Source: Marinifilaceae bacterium (GTDB lineage: Bacteria > Bacteroidota > Bacteroidia > Bacteroidales > Marinifilaceae). From it: a stretch of 64,000 nt of DNA. Each line of letters opens with the position of its first letter. Position 1 is the stretch's first letter. The notes under the pieces are model-generated. The model did not search any database, was not told the DNA's origin, and saw only the letters and a program-made list of their open reading frames with translations. This document shows positions 28,593 to 38,773 of this stretch, in pieces. The stretch covers positions 1,238 through 65,237 of the forward strand of contig JBGZEX010000075.1 in assembly GCA_041846495.1 (NCBI GenBank), given 5' to 3'. The position numbers and the translations under genes are program-made.

Positions 28593-29575
28593 TTCAGTAG
28601 TTTCCAAAGTTCGTCTTTCAGTTCGGTTATTCCGGCTCCGGTTACGGAGGATATGAATACGTAGGGAATATCCGGTAGCTCGGCTTTCATTTCTTCGATT
28701 AATTCTTTATCGGCATAATCGCTTTTGGAAATGGCGAGCATCCTTTTTTTATCCAGTAATTCGGGATTATATTGTTTTAATTCGTCGAGCAGAATATGGT
28801 ATTCCCGGCCTATGTCTTTCGAATCCGCCGGTACCATGAAGAGGAGGACGGAGTTGCGTTCGATATGCCGAAGGAAGCGTATGCCCAAACCTTTTCCGAG
28901 ATGTGCTCCTTCGATTATGCCCGGAATATCCGCCATGGCGAAAGAGCGATTGTCGCGATAGGGGATAATGCCTATGTTGGGAACCAATGTAGTGAAAGGG
29001 TAATCGGCGATTTCGGGTTTCGCAGTGGATATGACCGATAGTAATGTGGATTTTCCCGCATTGGGGAATCCGACAATACCGACGTCCGCCAGGATTTTTA
29101 ATTCCAGGATAATGCTTTTTTCGACCCGGGGTTGTCCCGGTTGGGCATATCTTGGGGTTTGATTCGTGGCGGATTTGAAATTCCAATTTCCCAATCCGCC
29201 TTTTCCCCCTTTTACGAGTATTACGGATTCGGCATCTTCGGTGATTTCACAGAGGATTTCTCCCGTTTCGGCATCCTTGGCTACCGTTCCTAAAGGAACT
29301 TCTATAACGGCATTATCTCCGTCTTTTCCCGTAGAGCGGGATTTGCTACCGGATTCGCCGTCTCCGGCAAAAACATGCCGTTTGTATTTTAGATGTATGA
29401 GAGTCCACAGATTCCGATTGCCCGATAAGATTACGTCCCCTCCTTTACCTCCGTCCCCTCCGTCGGGTCCTCCTTTGGGAGAAAGTTTATCTCTGTGAAG
29501 ATGTGTGGAACCGTTTCCGCCGGCTCCGCTTCTACAGAAAATTTTTACGTAGTCTACAAAATTTGTAACAGCCAT
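28589..29575 (-). CDS. obg: GTPase Obg/CgtA
   Basis: [19 protein letters not shown], a Gly-rich Obg fold, G1 [12 protein letters not shown] 29575 overlaps the hpt stop (TGATG). Confidence 0.92.
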   Translation of the reverse strand: MAVTNFVDYVKIFCRSGAGGNGSTHLHRDKLSPKGGPDGGDGGKGGDVILSGNRNLWTLIHLKYKRHVFAGDGESGSKSRSTGKDGDNAVIEVPLGTVAKDAETGEILCEITEDAESVILVKGGKGGLGNWNFKSATNQTPRYAQPGQPRVEKSIILELKILADVGIVGFPNAGKSTLLSVISTAKPEIADYPFTTLVPNIGIIPYRDNRSFAMADIPGIIEGAHLGKGLGIRFLRHIERNSVLLFMVPADSKDIGREYHILLDELKQYNPELLDKKRMLAISKSDYADKELIEEMKAELPDIPYVFISSVTGAGITELKDELWKLLN

Positions 29576-30111
29576 CAGCAAATAATATATAAATCGGGGA
29601 AATTTCTTCCCAAACCGTCGTAATCCAGTCCTCTTCCCACCACAAAATCATTTTCGAGAATCATGGCGTTGTAGTCGGGAATTCTTCCCGTCTTGAGGGC
29701 TTTGGGTTTGAAAAACATGGTAGCGATGCAAATGCTTGCAGGCTCTTCGGCTTTTAAGGTGTTGATGAGATGTTCCATGGACTTGCCGGTATCGATCATA
29801 TCTTCCAAAATGACGATATTTCTTCCTTTTATCTTTTCGTTCAAACCGATGAGCGAGTTTATCCGGTCGGTGGAATTCGTGCCGCAATAAGAAGTGAATT
29901 TAATAAAACTCACTTCGGTGTTTTTTAAATCTATATGTTTCAACAAATCGGAGGTAAACATAAACGAGCCGTTCAATACGCTTAAAAATATGGGCTCCTT
30001 GTCTTTCATATCCCGGTTTATTTCTTCCGCTACTCGTTTGATTTCCTTGTCGATGAGTTCCCCTTTAATAAGAAGACGGAATTCTTTGTCATGTAGTTTT
30101 ATCGTTTTCAT
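29575..30111 (-). CDS. hpt: Hypoxanthine phosphoribosyltransferase
   Basis: 178 aa. PRPP-binding motif [12 protein letters not shown]. Confidence 0.85.
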   Translation of the reverse strand: MKTIKLHDKEFRLLIKGELIDKEIKRVAEEINRDMKDKEPIFLSVLNGSFMFTSDLLKHIDLKNTEVSFIKFTSYCGTNSTDRINSLIGLNEKIKGRNIVILEDMIDTGKSMEHLINTLKAEEPASICIATMFFKPKALKTGRIPDYNAMILENDFVVGRGLDYDGLGRNFPDLYIIC

Positions 30112-30167
30112 AGAAAAAATAGCAATGTTTATCCCTTAATTCCCGATAGTCCGAAAAGAATTTTAAT

Positions 30168-30175
30168 TATATTTG
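30168..30175 (+). promoter_or_regulatory. Bacteroidota -7 promoter element (TAnnTTTG)
   Basis: tatatttg, 38 nt upstream of purE. An overlapping minus-strand tacatttg (30185-30178) faces hpt. Confidence 0.5.
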
Positions 30176-30212
30176 TACAAATGTATGAATTCCTATCCAA
30201 AAATCGTAAAAA

Positions 30213-30719
30213 ATGAGACCTAAAGTATCGATAATTATGGGCAGTACTTCCGACCTCGAGATAATGAATAAGGCTGCTAAGCAATTGGAGGAATTTGAGA
30301 TTCCTTTCGAACTTCTCGCCCTCTCCGCCCATCGTACTCCGGATGCCGTAGAAGAGTTTGCCCGAAATGCCGAGAACAGAGGTATTTCGGTTATTATTGC
30401 CGGGGCCGGTATGGCAGCCCATCTTCCGGGGGTTATTGCAGCCATGACTCCCATTCCCGTAATCGGAGTGCCGATAAGGTCTTCTTTCGACGGATGGGAC
30501 GCATTATTGGCTATCGTGCAAATGCCTCCCGGAATACCTGTTGCTACCGTAGCCGTGAACGGGGCACAGAATGCAGCCGTGTTGGCCGCCCAAATTATTG
30601 CCGGAGCCGATGAAAAAGTCAGGTGCACCGTAAAGAATTTCAAACGGGAATTAGGCAAGAAGATAGAGAAAGCAAACGACGAACTCAAAACGGTTTCGTA
30701 TAAATTTAAGACGAATTGA
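30213..30719 (+). CDS. purE: 5-(carboxyamino)imidazole ribonucleotide mutase
   Basis: 168 aa. IIMGSTSDL and AGAGMAAHLPGV motifs. Confidence 0.92.
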   Translation: MRPKVSIIMGSTSDLEIMNKAAKQLEEFEIPFELLALSAHRTPDAVEEFARNAENRGISVIIAGAGMAAHLPGVIAAMTPIPVIGVPIRSSFDGWDALLAIVQMPPGIPVATVAVNGAQNAAVLAAQIIAGADEKVRCTVKNFKRELGKKIEKANDELKTVSYKFKTN

Positions 30720-30767
30720 TTTAGCCGTTTTTGCCGGCTTGATACGGAAACTTAAAACAGATACGAT

Positions 30768-31634
30768 ATGCAGCAGTTGAAAATAGTTTCTAAATTTACG
30801 AGCCGAGATACTCTCTCTATGGAGTTGTATCTTGTCGAGATATCGAAGATAAGTCTGTTGACAGTGGAAGAAGAAATCGAATTGGCTACTCAGGCTCAAA
30901 AAGGCTCTAAGGAAGCCAAGAAAAAACTGGTGCTGGCCAATCTTCGTTTCGTAGTATCCGTTGCCAAACAATACCGGAATTTGGGATTGAGTATGGAGGA
31001 TTTGATAAATGAGGGAAATATCGGATTACTTAAGGCCGTGGATTATTTCGACGTGACCAAAGGGTTTAAATTTATTTCTTATGCGGTGTGGTGGATAAGA
31101 CAATCCATTCTTCAGGCTTTGGCGGATTTCCCGAGATTGATACGCTTGCCGTTGAGCAAATTGAACGTAATCAATAAAATAAACCGTTATGTGGAATATT
31201 ATGAGCAGCTTTTGGAACGTCCTCCTACTTATGAAGAAATTGCCGAAGAATTGAATCTTAAAGAGAAAGAAATTAAGGAAGCTATAGGGCATATGCTGCA
31301 TCCTATTTATCTGGATCACATTTTTTCCGAAAAGGAAGAATCTTTTGAAAAGATTGTAGAGTTGTTGATTTCCCGGCAGACGGAGGATAATCGACAATTG
31401 TTTTCCTCTCCTTCGTTCCTTTTGGAATTGGAACGTTCTTTGGAGCGGCTCCCGGAGCCGGAACGTAAGGTGTTGATATGGTATTACGGGCTTTATGGGG
31501 AGTTCCCCCATACGTTCGAAAGTATCGGACAAAAAATGAGCCGTTCTTGTGAGCGGGTACGCCAAATATATTGCGATGCCATACGGCATATGAAAGAAGA
31601 GAGTGTGAAAAAAAGGCTTCGGGAATTTCTATGA
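30768..31634 (+). CDS. RNA polymerase sigma-70 family factor, RpoD-like (short Bacteroidota type without region 1.1)
   Basis: 288 aa. Region 2 NLRFVVSVAKQY..DLINEGNIGLLKAV..FKFISYAVWWIRQSILQAL. Regions 3 and 4 are diverged. Confidence 0.85.
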   Translation: MQQLKIVSKFTSRDTLSMELYLVEISKISLLTVEEEIELATQAQKGSKEAKKKLVLANLRFVVSVAKQYRNLGLSMEDLINEGNIGLLKAVDYFDVTKGFKFISYAVWWIRQSILQALADFPRLIRLPLSKLNVINKINRYVEYYEQLLERPPTYEEIAEELNLKEKEIKEAIGHMLHPIYLDHIFSEKEESFEKIVELLISRQTEDNRQLFSSPSFLLELERSLERLPEPERKVLIWYYGLYGEFPHTFESIGQKMSRSCERVRQIYCDAIRHMKEESVKKRLREFL

Positions 31635-31760
31635 AACTTCGTACGGTATTGTTTTATTACGGCAAAAATACATCGACCGTATAGCCTTGGAAAGAGCTGT
31701 TCATGGAATTCGAGCACTATTGTTCTCGGTGGTTACGACTTTGCGCTCATACTTGAAAAG

Positions 31761-31833
<73 letters not shown>

Positions 31834-31846
31834 TTGAAATCGTGCG

Positions 31847-31854
31847 CAAATATA
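31847..31854 (-). promoter_or_regulatory. Bacteroidota -7 promoter element (TAnnTTTG)
   Basis: The minus strand reads tatatttg, 14 nt upstream of the tRNA-Thr 5' end. Confidence 0.55.
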
Positions 31855-31899
31855 AGATATTTTTATAATCTTACATAAAAAACGGGGAGGATTTTTTAT

Positions 31900-32601
31900 T
31901 TAAAGCGCATTGTCGTTTTCGATAATAAGTCTGAATCCGGAACCGTGTACGTTTTCAATGCGAATATCTTCGTTGTCTTTAAAATACTTGCGCAGTTTTG
32001 TAATATAAACGTCCATGCTTCTGGCGGTGAAATAATCGTTGGAGCCCCATATCTTCGTAAGAGCTTTTTCCCGGGTCAATAATCCGGCTCTATCGTTATA
32101 AAGCATTTCCAAAAGTTGGGATTCTTTGGGTGTCAGTTTGGTTTCTTGTCCGTTTATGCTTATGGTTCGAAGTTCGGTGTTAAAAGTATAGTCTCCGATG
32201 AGAATAATTCTGGCCTTGGCTTCTTCCGGTTCGTTTTCGCAACGCGAGAGAATGGCTTTTATTTTTAAAATAAGAAGTTCCGAATCGAAAGGTTTGCATA
32301 TATAATCGTCGGCCCCGGCTTCGTATCCGAGTTTCATATCTTCTTTTTGGTTTTTTGCCGTTATATAGATGAAAGGAATGTTGGGTGCCAATTCCCGTAT
32401 CTTATGCCCCAAGGTAATACCGTCCATCTCGGGCATCATCACATCCAAAAGACAGATGTCGTATTTGTTTTGTTTAAAAGCTTCGAGGCCTTGGGAACCG
32501 TTCGTACAAAGAGTTACTTCGTAATCGGAAAGCTCCAAATAGGATTTTAGTACGGAACCGAAACATGGGTCGTCTTCGACCAATAAGATTTTATGTGCCA
32601 T
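31900..32601 (-). CDS. OmpR/PhoB-type response regulator
   Basis: 233 aa. Receiver domain (ILLVEDD, DICLLDVMMPEMDG) plus a winged-helix output domain. Confidence 0.9.
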   Translation of the reverse strand: MAHKILLVEDDPCFGSVLKSYLELSDYEVTLCTNGSQGLEAFKQNKYDICLLDVMMPEMDGITLGHKIRELAPNIPFIYITAKNQKEDMKLGYEAGADDYICKPFDSELLILKIKAILSRCENEPEEAKARIILIGDYTFNTELRTISINGQETKLTPKESQLLEMLYNDRAGLLTREKALTKIWGSNDYFTARSMDVYITKLRKYFKDNEDIRIENVHGSGFRLIIENDNAL

Positions 32602-32622
32602 AATCGTGTATTATTATATGTT

Positions 32623-34170
32623 TTATATCAATTTAAAAACTATTTTTATCAAAGTGCCCTTCCCTTTTTTCGAGGAAAGATATATGTTGCCGTTATGCAA
32701 TTCTATAATATTCTTCACATAACTCAACCCCAAACCGAAACCTTTGACATCGTGTATATTTCCCGTACTTACACGGTAGAACCGTTTAAATACTTTTTTT
32801 TGCGCATCTTTTGAAATTCCTATTCCATGATCTTTAATTTCAATGACGATATCGTTTTTCTCTTTTTTCGTACAAACCTCGATATGAGGCGGACCTCCCG
32901 AGTATTTTATGGCATTGTCTATCAAATTGCAAATAGCATTCAATAAATGCACTTCATCTCCGTAGATGAAGTAGCTGCCTTCGGCATAAGTTTGCTCGAT
33001 AATACCTCCGGCTTCCTGTATCTGGAGGGAGAAAAGCCGTACCGCTTCCTTTGTCATCGTATTAATATCGACATCGGTTTTGTTCAGATGCAATTCTCCT
33101 TTGTCCATCTTGGCTTGCTGCAAAATCCGTTCCACATATTTATTCATGCGTTCATTTTCCGATTTGATGAGGTCGGTAAACTTATAAATTTGGTTTACGT
33201 CTTTAATGACTTTTTCTTTCCGAAGTGCGGAGGTCGCTAATGAAATCGTCGCGAGCGGCGTTTTGAATTCATGGGTCATATTGTTGATGAAATCGTTCTT
33301 TATGACCGATAATTTTTGTTGCCTCATAATGATGACGATGGTAATGATGAATACGCAAACGAGACCGATTACGCAAAATCCCGAGGCTAAAAACATCCAG
33401 TCCATGTTGTTGAGTATTTCCGGCAAAATGGAGTCGAATTGTACGCATAAAAAGAAATCTTTTTTTATGTAATCGAGAGGGAAAAGCTCGATGTAGTAGA
33501 AGTTTTTTGCCGCTCTTCTGTTTTGAAGTTCGAGGATTTGGCGTTTATTGAGAATATCGTATCTGAAAGAGAGGTTGATGCCTGCATAGGCGAAAAATTC
33601 GCTTAGAAAAGATTTTAAGTCTATATTTTTCATTCGTTTGGCAAGAGAGGCATTCTGAGGATCCGAATCTTTTAAAACTTTTATCATAAGATTGTTCATC
33701 CTTTCGTATAATTCCTGTTGAGAGGCGGTATCCGCACGATTGCTTCCGATGGAACGAATCGTTTGCATGATGAATTGTTGGTTTACGAATTTGCCTTTCC
33801 CCGATCGGGGATGCGTGTTCGGAGGGGATACGAGACTGCTTTGACCGTAAAGACGGTCCATGTCCTGCGATAGAAAATTATAGAGATATTGGGAGTTCCA
33901 ATTGCCGGAACTTTCTCTATCGGTGGTTATATGGTCGTTATAATCCTGGAGTTGTCCGAGATGTTGTTGCATTTCCCATATGTACTGGATGTAATTTATC
34001 TCGTCTATTTTGCTGACAACCCTTTCCAATGCTCCGTATACTTGGGTGGAAAATCGGTCTTCTTTTTCCTGTATGGCGTGTTCTATCCATAGCCATTGTA
34101 CGACGACTACCGATAAAAATGCGACTCCCATCAAAGCCAAAAGAATTTTTATGATTATTTTCTTTATCAT
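32623..34170 (-). CDS. Sensor histidine kinase
   Basis: 515 aa. Two TM helices flank a periplasmic domain. H-box THEFKTPL, N-box DNAIKY, G-boxes DHGIGI and GFGLGLS. Confidence 0.88.
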   Translation of the reverse strand: MIKKIIIKILLALMGVAFLSVVVVQWLWIEHAIQEKEDRFSTQVYGALERVVSKIDEINYIQYIWEMQQHLGQLQDYNDHITTDRESSGNWNSQYLYNFLSQDMDRLYGQSSLVSPPNTHPRSGKGKFVNQQFIMQTIRSIGSNRADTASQQELYERMNNLMIKVLKDSDPQNASLAKRMKNIDLKSFLSEFFAYAGINLSFRYDILNKRQILELQNRRAAKNFYYIELFPLDYIKKDFFLCVQFDSILPEILNNMDWMFLASGFCVIGLVCVFIITIVIIMRQQKLSVIKNDFINNMTHEFKTPLATISLATSALRKEKVIKDVNQIYKFTDLIKSENERMNKYVERILQQAKMDKGELHLNKTDVDINTMTKEAVRLFSLQIQEAGGIIEQTYAEGSYFIYGDEVHLLNAICNLIDNAIKYSGGPPHIEVCTKKEKNDIVIEIKDHGIGISKDAQKKVFKRFYRVSTGNIHDVKGFGLGLSYVKNIIELHNGNIYLSSKKGKGTLIKIVFKLI

Positions 34171-34535
34171 ATACCTTTAATCCTGATTATCATTTTTCTT
34201 GAGCGACATTAATGGCGATGCCTGTGTGGACAGTCTCCGGCATCCGGTTGCATTTTTTCGATTTTTAATGTCGTCCGACAATTCGTTTTTTGAGTTTATA
34301 TATTTTTCCTATTCTATACCTTGTTTTTTGTAAATACTTTTTCGGATACTTCCCGTTTTGCAGGGAAATTTTAAAACTCGATTCCCTATATATTGTTATT
34401 TTAATGCGATTTACAGCAAATTTATAATATTTTTTCTATTTCGTCGCATTTTGTCGTACGATTGTATGCGATTTATTTACCGGATGGCGTAGAATGCGAA
34501 AGTTTTCGGTAGTCGAGAGGGAGTCGTTCGGAAGT

Positions 34536-35768
34536 TTATTCTTCCGCAAGATCTTTTATTTCCGTATAGAGAAAATCGTTATAGGGAAATCTTGCGGCAT
34601 GGATTTCTTTTACGATAACATATAGTTTTTCCCTCAATTCCTCGATATTTTCTTTGTTTTTGGCGGATATATATACGGAAGGAGTCGTGTTTTTGGATAT
34701 CCACATGTTTTTTAATTCTTCCATACTGTAGTTCTTCCTTTCTTTCGGACTGAGGTCGTCGGCTTCTTTCTCTTCGTATTCGAAAGCATCGATTTTGTTG
34801 AAAACCGTTAGTTGAGGTTTTGTATTCCCGTTTAAGATTTCATTCAATGTTTCATTGACGACGTTGAGTTGCTCTTCGAAAAACGGATGAGAGATATCCA
34901 CTACGTGGACGATGACGTCGGCTTCCCGGACTTCGTCCAAAGTGGATTTGAAGGAATCGATGAGATTATGGGGGAGTTTACGGATAAATCCTACCGTATC
35001 GGATAGGAGCAGAGGAACATTCCGGATGGCGATTTTTCTTACGGTCGTATCTAAGGTTGCAAAAAGTTTGTTTTCGGCAAAAACATCCGATTTGCTCAAA
35101 AGATTCATAAGGGTGGATTTCCCGACATTGGTATAACCCACTAAAGCGACGCGCACTAAATTGCCTCTGTTCTTGCGCTGTATGCTTTTCTGACGGTCTA
35201 TTTTTTCGAGTTCCCGTTTCAGATGAGCAATCTTATCCCGTATGATTCTTCGGTCGGTTTCTATTTCCCGTTCTCCCGGACCTCTGAGGCCTATTCCTCC
35301 TTTCTGGCGCTCAAGGTGGGTCCACATCCCCGTGAGCCTGGGCAACATATATTGATATTGCGCTAATTCCACCTGTGTCTTTGCATTGGCCGTACGGGCC
35401 CTGTTGGCGAATATATCCAAAATAAGATTGGTGCGGTCCAATATTTTCAGTCCCTTGAAGCGGGAACCGATATTGCGTATTTGAGTGGGCGAGAGTTCAT
35501 CGTCGAATATGATTAAATCTACGGGATTATTCTCGATGAAGCGGCCGATTTCCTCCAATTTTCCTTTACCGATATAAGTGGACTGAACGGGGGTATCCAA
35601 ATTTTGTGTGAAAATTTTTACGGTTTCGGCTCCTGCCGTCTCCGCCAAAAAAGAGAGTTCTTCGAGATGTTCCATTATTTGCTTGGCATTCGTACTTCCG
35701 TTTTGACGAATTACGCCGATTAAAACGGCCTTTTCTTTTTCTTTGGCGGTATAATAGAATTTACTCAT
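34536..35768 (-). CDS. hflX: GTPase HflX
   Basis: 410 aa. HflX N-domain, G1 GYTNVGKSTL, DTVGF. Confidence 0.9.
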   Translation of the reverse strand: MSKFYYTAKEKEKAVLIGVIRQNGSTNAKQIMEHLEELSFLAETAGAETVKIFTQNLDTPVQSTYIGKGKLEEIGRFIENNPVDLIIFDDELSPTQIRNIGSRFKGLKILDRTNLILDIFANRARTANAKTQVELAQYQYMLPRLTGMWTHLERQKGGIGLRGPGEREIETDRRIIRDKIAHLKRELEKIDRQKSIQRKNRGNLVRVALVGYTNVGKSTLMNLLSKSDVFAENKLFATLDTTVRKIAIRNVPLLLSDTVGFIRKLPHNLIDSFKSTLDEVREADVIVHVVDISHPFFEEQLNVVNETLNEILNGNTKPQLTVFNKIDAFEYEEKEADDLSPKERKNYSMEELKNMWISKNTTPSVYISAKNKENIEELREKLYVIVKEIHAARFPYNDFLYTEIKDLAEE

Positions 35769-35835
35769 ATTCCGTTAAATACAAAACAGAGGACCGACAT
35801 TGCATGTCAGTCCTCCGTCTGCAAGCGAGCATAAA

Positions 35836-36531
35836 TCAGTAATTGTTTATTTTAAATACTACCGGAAGAGTGAAGAAAACTCTTACGGGCTTGTTGCGCT
35901 GTTTACCGGGTGTCCATTTGGGCATGCTGGATACTACGCGTACGGCTTCCTTGTCCAAGGACGGATCGACCCCCTTCAATACTTTTACATTGGATATGCT
36001 GCCGTCTTTTTCGACGACGAATTGTACGGTAACCTTGCCTTGAACACCGTTTTCTTGAGCTACCATCGGATATTTGGTGTGTTTGGCAATCCATGCCGTA
36101 ACATTTCCGAAAGGTTTCGGCATTTCTTCCACAACAACGAAAGGAGCTTCTTCTCCCGTAGACTCCGTTCCGAATCCTCCGCCGGTATAGTCCGTATTGT
36201 CTCCGAATACGCGATTATCCGTTTCGTCTTCGATATTGGTCAAATCCAGATCGTCATCCAAGGAAATCTCGTCATCTACGATATCGATCAAATCCGTTAT
36301 TTTCGGAGCAGGAGGTGGAGGTGGAGGCGGTTTCATTTGTTGTTGCGTAACCGGAATAACCTCTTCTTCTGCTATAAAGGCAGTTGTCGTTTCGATAACT
36401 TCCTTCTCTTTTACGGAGGTTTTCCATTCGAAAGCCCCGAAAATGATAGCAAGAGCAAAGATTAATCCAATCTCAAAGAACATGACTCTCTTGTTCTCCA
36501 GGTTTGCTTGTGGATTTTTCTTCGTTTCCAT
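35836..36531 (-). CDS. tonB: Energy transducer TonB
   Basis: 231 aa. N-terminal TM helix, Pro-rich spacer PPPPPPPAP, C-terminal TonB domain (GVQGKVTVQFVVEKDGSISNVKV). Confidence 0.8.
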   Translation of the reverse strand: METKKNPQANLENKRVMFFEIGLIFALAIIFGAFEWKTSVKEKEVIETTTAFIAEEEVIPVTQQQMKPPPPPPPAPKITDLIDIVDDEISLDDDLDLTNIEDETDNRVFGDNTDYTGGGFGTESTGEEAPFVVVEEMPKPFGNVTAWIAKHTKYPMVAQENGVQGKVTVQFVVEKDGSISNVKVLKGVDPSLDKEAVRVVSSMPKWTPGKQRNKPVRVFFTLPVVFKINNY

Positions 36532-36898
36532 GATTCTTGTTATGGTTAATATCGTTCTGCTTACAATTGCAGCATGTTTTTTCTGTTGTAAAGATAAGCA
36601 TTTATTTCCATAAATCCAAGAGAATGTCCTCTTTTTATTTTATGTGGCGAGAGTTTCCGGTTTAAATATCTCACATAAAGTATCCTGAGTTAATATGCAA
36701 ATAAAACGGACAGAAAGATGATGAATCGATACGGTACGTTTTTTCTTTTTACGTTAAGTTGTGTGTTATGCTTGTAAAATGGATTTCAAGGCTTGATAGA
36801 GAGAGAGGTATTTTAGGTGAAAATCACGAATAACCTGTATTTGTATGAAATAATGGGTTATCTTTGAATGCGATGAACATATGTAAATCGAATGAAAG

Positions 36899-37576
36899 AT
36901 GCTTAGGGCAATGCGGTTGTATATAGGAGGTAAGGGAATTCCGGCTTATAGTACTCTGAAGACTTATGTTTATGAGGATGAGTATAGGAATGCGCTGCTT
37001 TATCCCCATACGGGATTGAGGCATTTGGGATGGTTGGTGATGGTGCGTTCCGTATTTACGGATTTTTTCGGCTGGTCCAAGGATGATTATCGGATTTTAA
37101 AGACCGAAGCCGGCAAACCTTTTTGCGATCGAAAGGAGGGGTGGGCATTTTCCGTTTCTCACTCCGGAGATTATGTGATTGCGGTTTTTTCGGATCGAGG
37201 CGATGTGGGGGCGGATATCGAGAAACACAGAGGGGTGAGGATGCCTGTCGCTCGGCGTTATTTCTCTTCCCACGAATTGGAAATTATAAAAAACGGCGGA
37301 GAGGATGCGGAGAAATATTTTTACGATTTTTGGACAATTCGGGAGGCTTATGTAAAATATAGGGGAGGGCGTTTGGGAGAAATGATGAGGCGTTTTTACG
37401 CGGATAAGCAAGGGGTTGCCTACCGTATCCTAACCTATGAAGGAGAAAGTGAAAGTCTTTCCGTCCTCCCCTTGTATCCGGATGGGAATTTCATCGGTTC
37501 GCTTTATTCCGGATTTGTCGTATGTGCAGGCTTGCAAAAGATTGTCGAGGAGGATTTCGTTTGGGATTTCGTATAA
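36899..37576 (+). CDS. 4'-phosphopantetheinyl transferase, Sfp type
   Basis: Motifs GKPF, FSVSHSGDYV, GADIE, FWTIREAYVK. The start is uncertain (ATG 36899 or 36911). Confidence 0.75.
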   Translation: MLRAMRLYIGGKGIPAYSTLKTYVYEDEYRNALLYPHTGLRHLGWLVMVRSVFTDFFGWSKDDYRILKTEAGKPFCDRKEGWAFSVSHSGDYVIAVFSDRGDVGADIEKHRGVRMPVARRYFSSHELEIIKNGGEDAEKYFYDFWTIREAYVKYRGGRLGEMMRRFYADKQGVAYRILTYEGESESLSVLPLYPDGNFIGSLYSGFVVCAGLQKIVEEDFVWDFV

Positions 37577-37597
37577 TTCGAATCCTTTCGTATATCG

Positions 37598-38590
37598 TTA
37601 GAGGAAATTTTTTTCGTGAAGATATTCCGCTATCTGCACGGCATTGGTTGCGGCACCTTTTCGGAGGTTGTCGCTTACGATCCACATATTTACGGCATTC
37701 TTCCGGGAATAGTCTTTCCGGATTCTGCCTACGAATACTTCGTTTTTATTTTGGGCGTTTAGGGGCATGGGGTACTTAGCGGCGGCCGGTTCGTCTTCTA
37801 CGGTTATTCCGGGCGTCGCTTTCAGTAAATCGATTACGGCATTTACGGAGACCTCCCGCGAGAATTCGATATTGACGGATTCCGAATGTCCCCCTGTTAC
37901 GGGAACTCTTACGGCAGTGGCCGTAATCATGAGCGAGGCGTCGTTGAGGATTTTCCCCGTTTCGTTTATGATTTTCATTTCTTCTTTGGTATAGCCGTTT
38001 TCGAGAAAATCGTCGCATTGGGGAATACAGTTCATGTCTATGGGGTAGGGATAGGCTTTTTCGCCGATATATCCCCGGCGCTCGTTTTCCAATTGTCGGA
38101 TTGCTTTCATTCCCGTCCCGGTTACGGACTGGTAGGTGGAGACGACGATTCTTTTTATGCCGAAAGCCCGGTGGAGCGGAGCTATAACCATGACTAACTG
38201 TATGGTAGAGCAATTGGGATTTGCAATAATCTTATCCGTTTTTCGAATGAGAGAGGCATTTATTTCCGGTACGATTAATTTTTTTGAAGGATCCATTCTC
38301 CATGCGGAAGAATTATCTATGACCGTACATCCTGTGCCTGCAAATTCGGGGGCCCATTTTACGGAAACATCCGAACCTGCCGAAAACAGGGCCAGGTTGG
38401 GGCGTTTTGAAAGAGCCGCTGCACAGTCTTCTATACCGATATCTTCTCCGTTGAATTTTACGATATTTCCCAAGGAACGTTTGCTGGCTACGGGTATTAG
38501 CGTGCGAACGGGAAATTGCCGTTCTTTCAGGATTTCGATTATTTTTTGTCCTACGACGCCGGTGGCTCCGATAACTGCTAATTTATACAT
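37598..38590 (-). CDS. asd: Aspartate-semialdehyde dehydrogenase
   Basis: GATGVVGQ and active-site NPNCSTI. Start at MYKLAVIG (ATG 38590), because a -7 promoter element lies inside the longer ORF. Confidence 0.92.
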   Translation of the reverse strand: MYKLAVIGATGVVGQKIIEILKERQFPVRTLIPVASKRSLGNIVKFNGEDIGIEDCAAALSKRPNLALFSAGSDVSVKWAPEFAGTGCTVIDNSSAWRMDPSKKLIVPEINASLIRKTDKIIANPNCSTIQLVMVIAPLHRAFGIKRIVVSTYQSVTGTGMKAIRQLENERRGYIGEKAYPYPIDMNCIPQCDDFLENGYTKEEMKIINETGKILNDASLMITATAVRVPVTGGHSESVNIEFSREVSVNAVIDLLKATPGITVEDEPAAAKYPMPLNAQNKNEVFVGRIRKDYSRKNAVNMWIVSDNLRKGAATNAVQIAEYLHEKNFL

Positions 38591-38614
38591 TTTGCCTGTT
38601 TGAAAATTCATATG

Positions 38615-38622
38615 CAAATATA
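38615..38622 (-). promoter_or_regulatory. Bacteroidota -7 promoter element (TAnnTTTG)
   Basis: The minus strand reads tatatttg, 25 nt upstream of ATG 38590. Confidence 0.5.
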
Positions 38623-38773
38623 GAGTTTAATTGATAAGATTTTTTTGGAAACGATGTTTTTATTCGGTTCGAAAAGGGAGATTATGCGAGGGGAGCGGAA
38701 TTTATATCCGGTAATATTATGCAATGGGTTAAAACAGCACGTATTTTGCTGTAATATATGAAAAACGGTTTTT

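Noticed and set aside
35800-36465. 221-aa plus-strand ORF
   Set aside because: It is antisense to the TonB gene, which has a clear TM helix, Pro-rich spacer and TonB C-terminal domain.
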